DNA of 64,000 nt from the NCBI GenBank assembly GCA_964016885.1, contig OZ024743.1, positions 109,430,001-109,494,000 of the forward strand, written 5' to 3'. Origin of the DNA: Eledone cirrhosa (Eukaryota). This document shows, in pieces, positions 53,158 through 64,000 of this stretch; position 1 is the first letter of the stretch; each line of letters starts with the position of its first letter. A model generated the notes under the pieces. The model searched no databases. It saw only the letters and a program-made list of their open reading frames with translations, and was not told the origin of the DNA. Both the position numbers and the translations under genes were made by a program.

Positions 53158-54311
53158 TCTCTCACACATTTATTACCTGTCAATCTGTTTCTGCTAAAAC
53201 ACTAGTTGTTCGAATTCATCTCTTTAATAAAGTTAAGATATAAATGCGGGTTTATATAAGCAGCGAAGTATACTCTTTTAAAATATTCTTTAATTAATGA
53301 ATATTGAGTTTTATTAGTAGGAAACGAATTACGGTGAATTTCGGCCAGTACAATCTTAGTAATTACAAGAGGAAAATGTCAAAAACCTAGCGGGTTACAT
53401 TCGCACAACAAATAATGAAATTTCATGCTCTGAAGCTTGGAGGGAGTTACGAACTAGGCTATGCAAATTACGTATAATAACACAAAACAATGCTTGCTGC
53501 TGTCATCCTCTTGGCTACGAAACGTCATTTTCTTCCCGTATACATGAAAATGTAATTCGTTGTGAAATTAATTCCTAATTTCGTGAAATTAACTCCAATT
53601 TTCCAAGAATGCCAACATCAATAATCGCCAGTTTTCCGTTTGCAAGTGTAAGGTTTTTTTCCTCATAAATCACTGCGTACATAACGACAAGTATCATCTA
53701 AATTCGTGCCGTTTGCTCATTTCCGTTATTTACCTTAGTTTGCTGCAGTTATATGTATGTATGTATATATAAATACATATATGTATATATATTTATATAT
53801 AAATGGAAAAAAGGAAACGAAATTTCATTTCTCACTCTTAGTACGGCTGTTACTTAAATATAAGTATATATACGTACTTACATATATGTATACAGACATA
53901 CAGTAGTATGTATATATATATATATATACATACATGCACACACATATATATACGTATGGATTTACCGAACATTTATTATAATGCTCGGTTTGTTTGTAAA
54001 CAAACATACCGAATTAAGCCGTACAGTGTTGAGCAACCATCGTTGCCCTTTTGTTCAACACTGACATGTATATATATACATGCTAATGTACGTTTGTATA
54101 CTTATATGTATGTACGTATACATACTTATATCTATTTATATATATATATATATGTATATGTGTATGTGTGTGTGTTTGTGTGTGTGCTTGTGTATGGCTC
54201 TTTAATCGGACATACTCTACATACTCTTTCCACCGGTAAACATATCGTTTCCGTTTCTTTCGTTTCTTACATACGTCTAATATTATATTTCTTGTTCTAG
54301 CTTCCGTTCTA

Positions 54312-54345
54312 TCAACTAATGAAGGACTAACGTCCGAAAGGTTAA
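54312..54345 (+). ncRNA. Degenerate minimal hammerhead relic
   Basis: CTAATGA-a-ggac taac gtcc-GAAA. Confidence 0.4.
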
Positions 54346-54359
54346 GGCACTGTTCCTAT

Positions 54360-55062
54360 AAAATCTGAGGTTAGATTTTCCTTTCATCCTAAAGGGGGTC
54401 AATAAAATACTGTACCAGTAACGCACTGGGATCCATGAAATCGGTTTTCACCTCCCTCCAAATTGACAACCTTGTGCCTAAATCAGAAAACATTATTATT
54501 GTTATTCTGAATTCAAATCCCGTCGAGGTTAACTTTGCCTTTCCTCCTAACGGGTTCGATGAAATAAAGTTTTAGTAACACACTGGGATAATTGCTGGCC
54601 TTGTGCCAAAAGTAGAAACGATTATTATTGTTATTATTGTTGTTATTATTATTTTAATCTAATTTTTAATTGTGCTTGTTTCCCATATCTTGCCAAGTGG
54701 CAATCTGACACATGAGGCAAAATTTCGTATTACAAATATTTTAAAATCAATTGTATACAACTTAGGCCAGAAGGGCATAAACAACAGTAAATATTTGATC
54801 AAGCTAGTTAAATAATAATGCCCTACTCAGGGCATGTCAGTGCAGGTTATCATTATTTTCTGTATCACTGTAGGGCGGTGTATTGGCAGTATCGGTAGAG
54901 GGTCGGACGCCATGCTTTCCAGCATAGTTACGTTCCTTTACGATCTGAGTTAAAAACCCGCCGAGGTTGACTTTGCCTTTCATCCTTACGGGTTCGATAA
55001 AATAAAGTACCAGCAATGCACTGGGTAATTGCTGGCCTTGTGCCTAAAGTAGAAACAATTAT
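54360..55062 (+). mobile_element. Cluster of three SINE copies (54360-54500, 54505-54625, 54872-55062)
   Basis: Repeated gaggtt.actttgccttt..cct..cgggttcgat.aaataaag..cactggg..ccttgtgcc.aaa..agaaac. Confidence 0.8.
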
Positions 55063-55199
55063 TTTCTGTATCACTTCGAGGGATTGTTTTCCAAGTATCA
55101 GGTCCAAATATTTTTCAATTCACTTTTCTTTTTATTATTCCAAGGGCCTTGACAATCACTGGTAATGTGCATTCATTAAGATGCCAAACTTACTCAATT

Positions 55200-55400
55200 T
55201 CAAGATATTTTAGATGTTACTATCTGATGTAATGTTCATGTCAATTCAGAAACATCTCTTCACCCTATGGTCCTTCACATTTACATCGAGATCTGTTGGC
55301 TTTGATTGTTCGGTCAGTGTGTATGAGGAAATCCCATAGGATGTTAATGTACTCTTCTCCTGATAGTGCATCTGAGTGAAGCAGTATATTTGTGACCCGG
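55200..55400 (-). mobile_element. R4-clade-like RLE fragment (different family)
   Basis: ILWDFLIHTDRTIKANR / DVNVKDHRVKRCF. Confidence 0.7.
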
Positions 55401-55741
55401 GTTTCTTTGCTCTACCTGAAGCCCAGAGGAGCTTGATCCGTGTTTGATTTTCAAAAACGCCCTTCAACTTTCAGGAAAATTGAGATGGCGGACAAAGATG
55501 TTAAATCGGCTAAACTAAATGGCCGGTTGTCCATACAGAGGAAAAGCTAAAATTCTGAAAACAATGAGAGCGGCAGTACCGATTAATACCTATCTTGTGC
55601 AAACGATGCAGACATTCCCGCTCTGGCAATATTTACCACGGCGAAACCCACCGCACCCACAACAACTATGGTAGGTGTGGCCAACAACACTGGCAACACC
55701 GTTACTTTTTTCCACTTTGACTGTCCTGTACGCTCCCTATT

Positions 55742-55812
<71 letters not shown>

Positions 55813-55829
55813 GTATTAAGGATATTATT

Positions 55830-56288
55830 TATGGTTATGTATATACTAAAACCTTTTATAATTATATATATTTTAAAACCTAAACAGTGAAAGACAGTAA
55901 TGTACTACTACATTATTACCAGTAAGATAAATAGCTCAATGTAATAACATCAGTTGTTCTACAGAGCAGTTATATAGAATTCACAGGAATCAAAGTTATG
56001 TTCAAACCATTTATTAGCTTACAATTGTTTCATCCATTTTAATTTTGCTTGTATTCTGTTTTAATATGATTTTAAATTTTGAATTTAAATTGCCATGCAG
56101 AAATAATATTATATATGTCACCCCACTGTGCATCAATATATACATATGTATCTGTATGTCTCTTGCGTTGGAGAAGAGGTCATGAATGTATACAAACATT
56201 AAACAATGCTCCGAAGACTCTAAGCCTCGGTTTGGATGAAACAATTGTAAGCTAATAAATGGTTTGAACATAACTTTGATTCCTGTGA

Positions 56289-56298
<10 letters not shown>
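55830..56298. repeat. Fold-back: 66-bp arms (55971-56036 / 56233-56298), left tail, in (TA)n
   Basis: Direct reverse-complement match. Confidence 0.88.
56208..56259 (+). ncRNA. Type I hammerhead with one core substitution (CCGAAGA)
   Basis: gct-CCGAAGA-c tctaagc/gtttgga t-GAAAC-AATT-GTA-agc then AATAAA. Confidence 0.7.
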
Positions 56299-56371
<73 letters not shown>

Positions 56372-57013
56372 GTGTATGTGTGTGTAGTATATGTATATAT
56401 ATATACAATGATATTAAATAAATGGAAACTATGTTTATAAAACCATAATTATTCTATTATACATATTTCAAGGGTACCAAAACATTGGTACGCTCTCTTT
56501 ATATAAAATACAAAGTTTGTTTCATAAATATTGACATAACCAGGAATGGGATCTTAACGGTTTAAGTTATTCCTGGATAGTGAAGGAAAGAGGGAAAAGT
56601 GAAGAAAAGTCAAATATTTCAAATTATTAAGATGAGTATGCAAATGATATTGACATATAGGGCTGGAAAAAAAGCGTTATTTTTAGACGCTATGTAAACT
56701 TAAATAATTATTGGGATGTATGTATGTGTAGGAAGAAGAACGGGAAAGAAAAAAGAGTTTGTATTTCCATTAATTTAAAAAGAATTAATAGTGTGTAGGA
56801 ATGGTGGAATATGATTCTAGAATTTAAAAATTATTTAGCTATATTATGAGTATATATAATCAATTAGATTATATGAAGAATTAAGGTTGTAAGTACATTT
56901 TATCTTATTACATTACAGCAGGTTGTAAGTATATACATATCTATATAGATTAATAATTGTGCATGTATAATTATTATCGGTGATTTCATAGAAATAGAAA
57001 TAAAAAACAATTA

Positions 57014-58095
57014 CACTGTTTAACATATATTGTGTTCCCCGGTTCTAAGTATTATTTTCTGGTTTGTTATATCCCATTATTATTTAAAAAAACACTATTA
57101 TTTAATCAGAAATTTTGGTTTGTGGTCAGGAGTTTGATATTTCGGAATTTTCATAATTTTCAAGAAAATACACATTTTTTTAAATGTATCAGTTCATATA
57201 ATTAAATCAACAGAGTATATATTTATTTTATTACACAAGCTTATCAAAACGAACAAGTAAAAACAAATAACACTTATAAACCAATGACTGCATTTCCTGG
57301 ATTTGCGGTTGTAGTCCAGGTCGCATTCCAGCACTAGCCCCCAGATAAAGTTCCCCATCATTTGTCCATTGTAGTGGCCCAGGTACCTTCACTCTATCTC
57401 TTTCATATCTTAGTGGAATCGTTCGCCTTGTTCTTCGGAGTAGGCGACCATATTGTCCTTTAATTGTTCCAGGTGAGCGTCCACCATATGGAGTTTAAGC
57501 GACATCCTGCATCCCATCGCATCAAAAGCCTTTTTGAGATCCTGCACCAGTTGCTGGTAGTTTTCAGCACTGTAGTTGCCAAGGAAGCCCTTAACAACTC
57601 CATTGAAACAGTTGCATGCTGTTCTCTCAATCCTATTGAGCTTATGAGAGAACTCGGTAGACTCAAACATCTTCTTTATCTGAGGTCCAACAACAATTCC
57701 ACATTTGATTTTGGCCTTAGGTAACTCGGGGAACAACTCAAGAAGATACTTAAAACGGGCTGATTCTTGATTGAGAGCCTTCATAAACTGCTTCATCAAC
57801 CCCAACTTAATGTGCAGTGGCGGCATGAACACAATCCTGGGATCAACCAGTGGCTCCCACATGACGTTCCGGATCCCAACAACAAATTCTGTTCGCTGCT
57901 CCCAGTTCTTTATTTTGTAGTGGCCAGAGGTGGCTCTGCTGTCCCAAAGGCAGAGGAAGCATTGGAATTTGATAAAGCCTCCTTGAGGTCAAAGCAGGAG
58001 ACCCACCATCTTGAAGTCTCCAATGATTTCCCAATTGTACTGGTTGTATTGCAGAGCTTCCAATAGAACTTTCACACTGTAGTAATCTTCCTTCA
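57014..58095 (-). mobile_element. Chapaev3-like (CMC) DNA transposon, 3' half only, nested in the PLE left arm
   Basis: PPLHIKLGLMKQF..YSEEQGERFH; terminus CACTG at 57014; TTA on both sides; absent from the right arm. Confidence 0.75.
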
Positions 58096-58952
58096 TTATT
58101 AGTTTTTTTACATTTCTCATATGAGTTACGAAGACGGTTGATTTTGCATTTTAGATTAAAAAAAAGACACGTAGTTCAAGTTGTAAGAGGAGTACAATTT
58201 GTAGATTCAAATATTTTCTTCCAACATATACAATGTTTTCAAATATTGTTAATTTAGCGAGGTTATATAGTTTATAATACATATTATATTATAATGTTTA
58301 TGTTTGCTCGATTGAAAAGGCAAAGACAACTCCAATCTTGTTTGCTAACCGTTAAATTTGATGAATGATTTACTCAGAAAATATATACATAACATTATAT
58401 AATATTTCGTGTGAGATTAATTTTATCAAGGATGAGAGTTTTAATTATATATTATTTTAGTCGAAAGATGTGTGAAAGTTTGAAGATCAAAGAAGAGGAA
58501 AAAAGTATTATGCATTTCGAAGAACTATCGTAAAGAGGACAACTATCAGAATATCAATTAAAGATTATCAATCTACATCTAAAGAAATATATTTAGAGGA
58601 GTATCATTAAGAAAATAATGTCAAATGGCTAAAAGATTATTTAAACAAATTTAAATTTTCAGTAAATAATAGTATCACTTTAAAGGTGTATATGATATAG
58701 TCAAGTGTGATGAATATCATAAATTAAAAATACTCTGAAAGTGGAATTTTGGCGATGTCTGCAACTAGAAAATAATTCTGTTTTAATATTAATAGAGTTT
58801 TGACAGTTAATTATATTTAAAAAATCAGTTATAAACTGAATCAGTTATAAACAATTACATTTATTGAATTACCAACAAATTGAATATCTCTTTTTCTTAT
58901 AAATAGCTCCTTTAATGTTGAGCGCTTTAAACTATAACTGATTGCAAAAATA

Positions 58953-61212
58953 ATGGAATTATTTAGGATGTCTTCTTCTCTAAAAGATGTACCCTTACCT
59001 AAATATAATGAATATCTAAAACAACTCATATAAAAATCTGACACCTTTATACGAAGACTTAGATGGCGTGCTTTCCATTTTGATAAAAAATCGGAAGACA
59101 AAATAAATAAATCCAGTTACAACTTTGATCTTATCTTCAAATCTAAGAAGATTCCACCTAGCAACAAACTACTACCCGAATTTGAAAATGAATTAATCTC
59201 TATTATACTAAACATTAAATTTAAAATAAACCAATTTATCGGCCAGGAGTACCTTAAAAGGCTTTAAGAATAAAATAAAGAATCTAGAAAAAAACAAAGA
59301 TCCAGGTAAAATCTGACAAAACAAATAATTCATATGGATGGAAAAGTACGAATATAGTAACATCATACTGAAAGAACTCAGGAAAAACTACAAAATGTCA
59401 TCAAATGAAGATCTTTCAACCTTAAATAGGGAAGCTTCGGAATTTATTTATAAATTAGGTATTCAAAATAGGACTGAACACTTTATACCCGGAAAACCGA
59501 AGATTAACTTGCATGACCACAAAAGAAAATTTGAAATTAAACTACCAATCATACTCACCGCACCATCTAAATCTGACTTAGGCATAATTAGCAAGCATAT
59601 ACTAGATATAATTATACCACTACTTAAAGAAAAATCACACCTTAAACTATGGAATGGTACTAATGAAGTTTTAGATTGGTTTAATAACATAAAATTAAAA
59701 CATAAGAAACAATTCATTCAAATGGATATTGCAAATTACTACTCCTCTATTACCCCTAGCTTACTTAATAAGGCACTTATCTACGCTTCTAAACACACGG
59801 ACCTATCTAGGGAAGAAATGAATATAATTCTAACAGCACGTAAAACTCTAATATAATTTAATAATCTTCTCTGGACAAGAGACGACACAAAAAACAATTT
59901 TGATATCTCTATGGGATCATCTGACTTGGCGAAAGTAACGGACCTCGTTGGATTATTTATTAATAATGTACTGCATAGAAAAATGCCAGAGATGACCGGA
60001 GGTTTATATCGCGACGATATGTTATGTTTAATTGAAAACCTTAGCAATAGTGAATTTAATAGGAAAAAGAAATCTATAATACAATTTTTCAAAAACTACA
60101 ACCTTAATTTAGAAATGGAGAATAATTACAAAATCGTTAACTTCTTAGATGTAACCTTAAGCCTTAGCTCAGGTCTTTACTATCCATTCCATAAAATTAA
60201 CGAAAATCTAAGTTACGTAAGTTTCAATTCTAATCATCCTAGAAATATAAAAAACACTATTGTCAATAGCGTTCATCAACGGATTTCACGCATCTCTGCT
60301 AATAAAAATATTTTTGATGATAAGGCAGAATATTACAAAGAGGCTTTACATAGAGCAGGATACTCGAATAAAATTAAATACATAGTTAACAATAACATGA
60401 CAAATCATCCTAGAATTCATTATAATAACAATAAAAAATTCAACTTAAATAGTAAACCAAACAAAAAAACTAGAACTAGAAATATTATTTGGTACTCTCC
60501 CCCATTCTCATTAGCCGTTAAAACAACTTTAGCAAAGCTATTTTTAAAGCACTAGATAGGCGTTTTCCTAAAGCCTACAGATACCACTCCATTTTTAACA
60601 GCACACTATAAAACTATCCTACTCTACTACTATGAACATAGCACAAAATATAAATAGAATTAATAGTAGAAACTTAAATTTAAACCCGAACCAAACAAGC
60701 CAAGGTAGCAATAATAATACTTCTAACAACAATATTCATAATAATAGTACCATTCCTAATAACAATAACTCCAGAAAATGTAACTGTAGAATTAAATCAA
60801 ATTGCCCTTTACAAAATAATTGCTTAGACAAATTCGTAATTTAACAGTTAAAACTGGAAACAAAAACTAGAGACTAAAACTAGAGACAACATATTTAACT
60901 ATGTTGGTGCCACTTCGACATAATTCAAAGAACGCTGGTACAACCATAAACACACATTTAATAGGTCTGATAAAATATCTTCCACTTCACTTTCACATTT
61001 AATTTGGAATTTAAAAGACAACAATATAGACTATTCAATATTTTGGGGAACGATTTCGAAAGCACATGCATACCGAAATATGGCTTTCTCAAGATTCTGT
61101 CAATTGTGTATCGAGGAGATTTTTATATAATTACTACATAATTAATCTTAAAACAGAATTATTTTCTAGTTGCAGACATCGCCAAAATTCCACTTTCAGA
61201 AATATTTTTTAA
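58953..61212 (+). pseudogene. PLE ORF: reverse transcriptase + CxCx5Cx5C + GIY-YIG endonuclease, several stops and frameshifts
   Basis: SLKDVPLP..FIRRLRWRAF; QMDIANYYSSI; FDISMGS; GLYRDD; VNFLDV; SNHP; RNIIWYSPPFS; CNCRIKSNCPLQNNCL; NYVGATS; CQLCIEE; SSCRH. Confidence 0.9.
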
Positions 61213-62556
61213 TTTATGATATTCATTAAACTTGAGTATATCTTATACATCTTTAAAATGATCCTATTATTTACTGAAAATTTAAATTTTTTTTAATTTC
61301 TTATTCTTAATTTTAATATTTTTACCATTTGACATTATTTTCTTAATGATACTCCTCTAAATATATTTTTTTAGATGTAGATTGATAATCTTTAATTGAC
61401 ATTCTGAAAGTTATCCTTTTTAAGATAGTTCTTCGAAATGCACAATACTTTTTTCCTCTTCTTTGATCTTCAAACTTTCCCACATCTTTCGACTAAAATA
61501 ATATATAATTGAAACTCTCATCCCTGATAAAATTAATCTCATACAAAATATTATATAATTTTATCTATATATTTTCTGGGAAAATCATTCATCAAATTTT
61601 ACGGTTAGCAAACAATATTGGAGTTATCTTTTCCTTTTCAATCGAGCAAACATAAACATTATATTATTATATGTATGATAAACTATAATACTTCATTAAA
61701 TTAACAATATTCTGAAAACATTTTCAATGCTGGAACAAAATATTTGAATCTACAACTTGTTCTCCTCTTACAACTTGAACTACGTGTTTTTTTATGTAAA
61801 ATCCCAAATCCACATCCTTCGTAACTCATATGAGAAATGTAAACAAGTAATAATTGTGATTTATTTCTATTTCTATAAAATCACCAATAAGCCTTATACA
61901 TGCACAATTATTAATAAATATAGATATTTATATACTTACAACTTGTAATGTAATAAGATAAAATGTACTTACAACCATAATTCTTCATATAATCTAATTG
62001 ATTATATATACAATATTATAACTCATAATATAGCTAAATAATTTTTAAATTCTGGAATCATATTCCACCTTTCCTACAAACTGTTAATTCTTTTTAAATT
62101 CACGTAAATACAAGCTCCTCTTTCTTTCTTGTACTTCTTCCTACACGTACATACATCCTAATAATTATTTAAATCTACATAAAGTCTAAAAATAACATTT
62201 TTTTCCGGCCCTATACCTCAACATCATTTGCATACTCATCTTAATAATTTGATATATTTGACTTGTCTTCACTTCTCCCTCTTTCCTTCACTATCCAAGA
62301 ATAACTTGAACCGTTAAGATCCTATTCCTGGGTATGTCAATATTTATAAAACAAACTTTGTATTTTATCTGAAGAGAGCGTAGCAATGTGTTGGTCGCCT
62401 TGAAATATATATAATAGAATAAATATGGTTTTATAAATGTAGCTTCCATCTATTTAATATCATTGAATATTATACATCTGAACATTTTTCGAGTGCTTTG
62501 AATCAGCTATAAATATTTATATTTGTTGAATTACCAACAAATTGAATATCATTTTG

Positions 62557-62589
<33 letters not shown>

Positions 62590-62590
<1 letters not shown>

Positions 62591-64000
62591 GGAAAAATTT
62601 GAACAGGGACAAAACAGAGAGGCCGTACAATAAATGTTTATTAATTTCAAGCTCAAGAGAGTGGGGGGTAGGTGGGGGTCGACGTTTCGGGCATAAGCCC
62701 TTCCTCAGGTGAGAAGTGTGTGGGAACAGAGTTCAAAAGGTGTGTAGGGTAGTGGTGGAGAGACATATAGCGAAAGGAAACGGTGCGAATGAAAAATTAA
62801 CAAATAAAGATAAAAAATAAAAATAAAGATGATCAAAATACAAGGAATGAGAAAATTTAAGAATAAAGGCATGATCAAAATAAACTGAAATTAAAAGGGG
62901 GGTAAACAGGTGGTGGAAGGGTGTGGGGTGAGTAGGGGTGGTGGCGGGTGGAGTGGGGAGAGGGAGACGGGGTGTCCGATCGGGGAGGGCTGAAGGTGGT
63001 GTGTGTGTGTGTAGGTGTGCGTGTGTGTGTGTGTGTGTATGTGAAAGTAAGGGTTGGGGGAAGAACGGGGTTGTATGTTCAGGAAGAGGTGTGTGTGGGG
63101 GGTGTTTTTGTGGGTCGGAGTGTCTGTACGTGTGTGGATAGGGAGGTGGGGGAGAGGAATCTGGAGGCTGAGGGTGTAAATATGTGGTGGGAAGCACGTG
63201 TGTTTGGGGTTTAAGCGTGTTGTGGGTGTGGGTGGCGTGTGGAGAAAAAATTGTTTTGGGGTGTGTGTGTGGGTGAGTTATATAGGTGATGACGTAAGAG
63301 GATGGTTGAAAAGTTGGTAAGTTCCAAGGATGTTAGGAGGATTGGTTATAAGTCAATTTCTGCGTGTGGGTAATCCATGAAGCGGTAGTCGGAAGAGGAC
63401 AGATGTGGGGTGAGCGCGCAACAGGAAGTGGTCAGCAGTGGGAGTGCTGTGGTCTGTTGGTGCTGGGAGGTGGTCAGAAGGGCATAGCAGCAGTCGGTGG
63501 AATGGTAGGAGGGCGAGGATGGGTAGGTGTGAATGTTGGAGTGAGGAGGGTGTGTGTGTGTGTGTGTGTATTAGTAGGGGTGTTAGTGGGGGTTGGTGGT
63601 GTACGAGGGTGTGTGGGTACGTGTGCGTGGGGTTGGGGGGTGTTAGTGATATTAGTTGCGTGTGGGGTGGGTGGTGTAAGTGGGTGCGTGTGTGCGTGTG
63701 ATAAGGAGGGGGAGGAGGAGAAGAGGGGAGGGAAGGGATGTTAGTATGTTAGTTTGGGAAGGGTGGTCAGATGAGGGTGGGGTGGAGGTGTTAGTATTGT
63801 TAGTGTGGGGTGGGCGGTGAATAGGAGGGGTGTGTTAGTGGTGTTAGTGGGGGATAAGTGTGGGGGGAGGGGGGCGGTCGAACGCTAAAGGAATAAGGGT
63901 GGGGAGTTCAGGCCGGGGGGAGTGTGGGTCTGTAAGATGAAGATAGTTCGTTGTTCGACCGTAAGGCGATGGGCGGGTGTTCCGTGGCACTGGAGTAGGC
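62590..64000 (-). mobile_element. Penelope-like element 3' end (GIY-YIG C-terminus 64000-63885, C/A-rich 3' UTR, hammerhead, AATAAA); continues beyond the window
   Basis: LLQCHGTPAHRLTVEQRTIFILQTHTPPGLN..*; ends at (TA)n. Confidence 0.85.
62678..62710 (-). ncRNA. Minimal Penelope-type hammerhead
   Basis: CTGAGGA-a-gggc ttat gccc-GAAAC-GTC; stem I weak. Confidence 0.75.

Larger units (their letters stand above)
56406..62560 (+). mobile_element. Near-complete Hydra-clade-like Penelope element: inverted 3' arm (56406-58826), body (58827-62465), tail (62466-62560) repeating the 5' start
   Basis: Left arm is the reverse complement of 61118-62465; 58837-58888 is directly repeated at 62499-62550; (TA)n at both ends. 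Confidence 0.9.

Noticed and set aside
56406-62465. Large-TIR DNA transposon or Polinton interpretation of the 1.35-kb inverted repeats
   Set aside because: The arm copies the PLE's own ORF end and 3' UTR; the transposase fragment is a later nested insertion.

Overview
Eukaryotic, AT-rich, microsatellite-dense DNA made almost entirely of transposon relics. The SINE types and TE mix suggest an octopod cephalopod, but that is inference. I found no host gene, rRNA, true tRNA or CRISPR array that I can support. Contents: several Penelope-like elements (PLEs), including a near-complete Hydra-clade-like copy with a ~1.35 kb inverted arm (56.4-62.6 kb) and a back-to-back pair (6.5-9.8 kb); a degenerate Helitron; R4/Dong-like RLE LINEs in (ATAC)n; a CRE-like LINE; two L1/Tx1 LINEs fused tail-to-tail; RTE pieces; a full-length DD37D/maT transposon; a mariner 5' fragment; a Chapaev3-like fragment; and SINEs. 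The most striking pattern is a recurring class of (TA)n-embedded fold-back elements. Most carry a type I hammerhead ribozyme with a palindromic stem III next to AATAAA, plus an unpaired tail that repeatedly contains a GAGYRC(T) motif. One ribozyme has a compensatory U3-A8 core. Coordinates were read by eye and may be off by a few bases; family names come from recalled motifs, not database searches.
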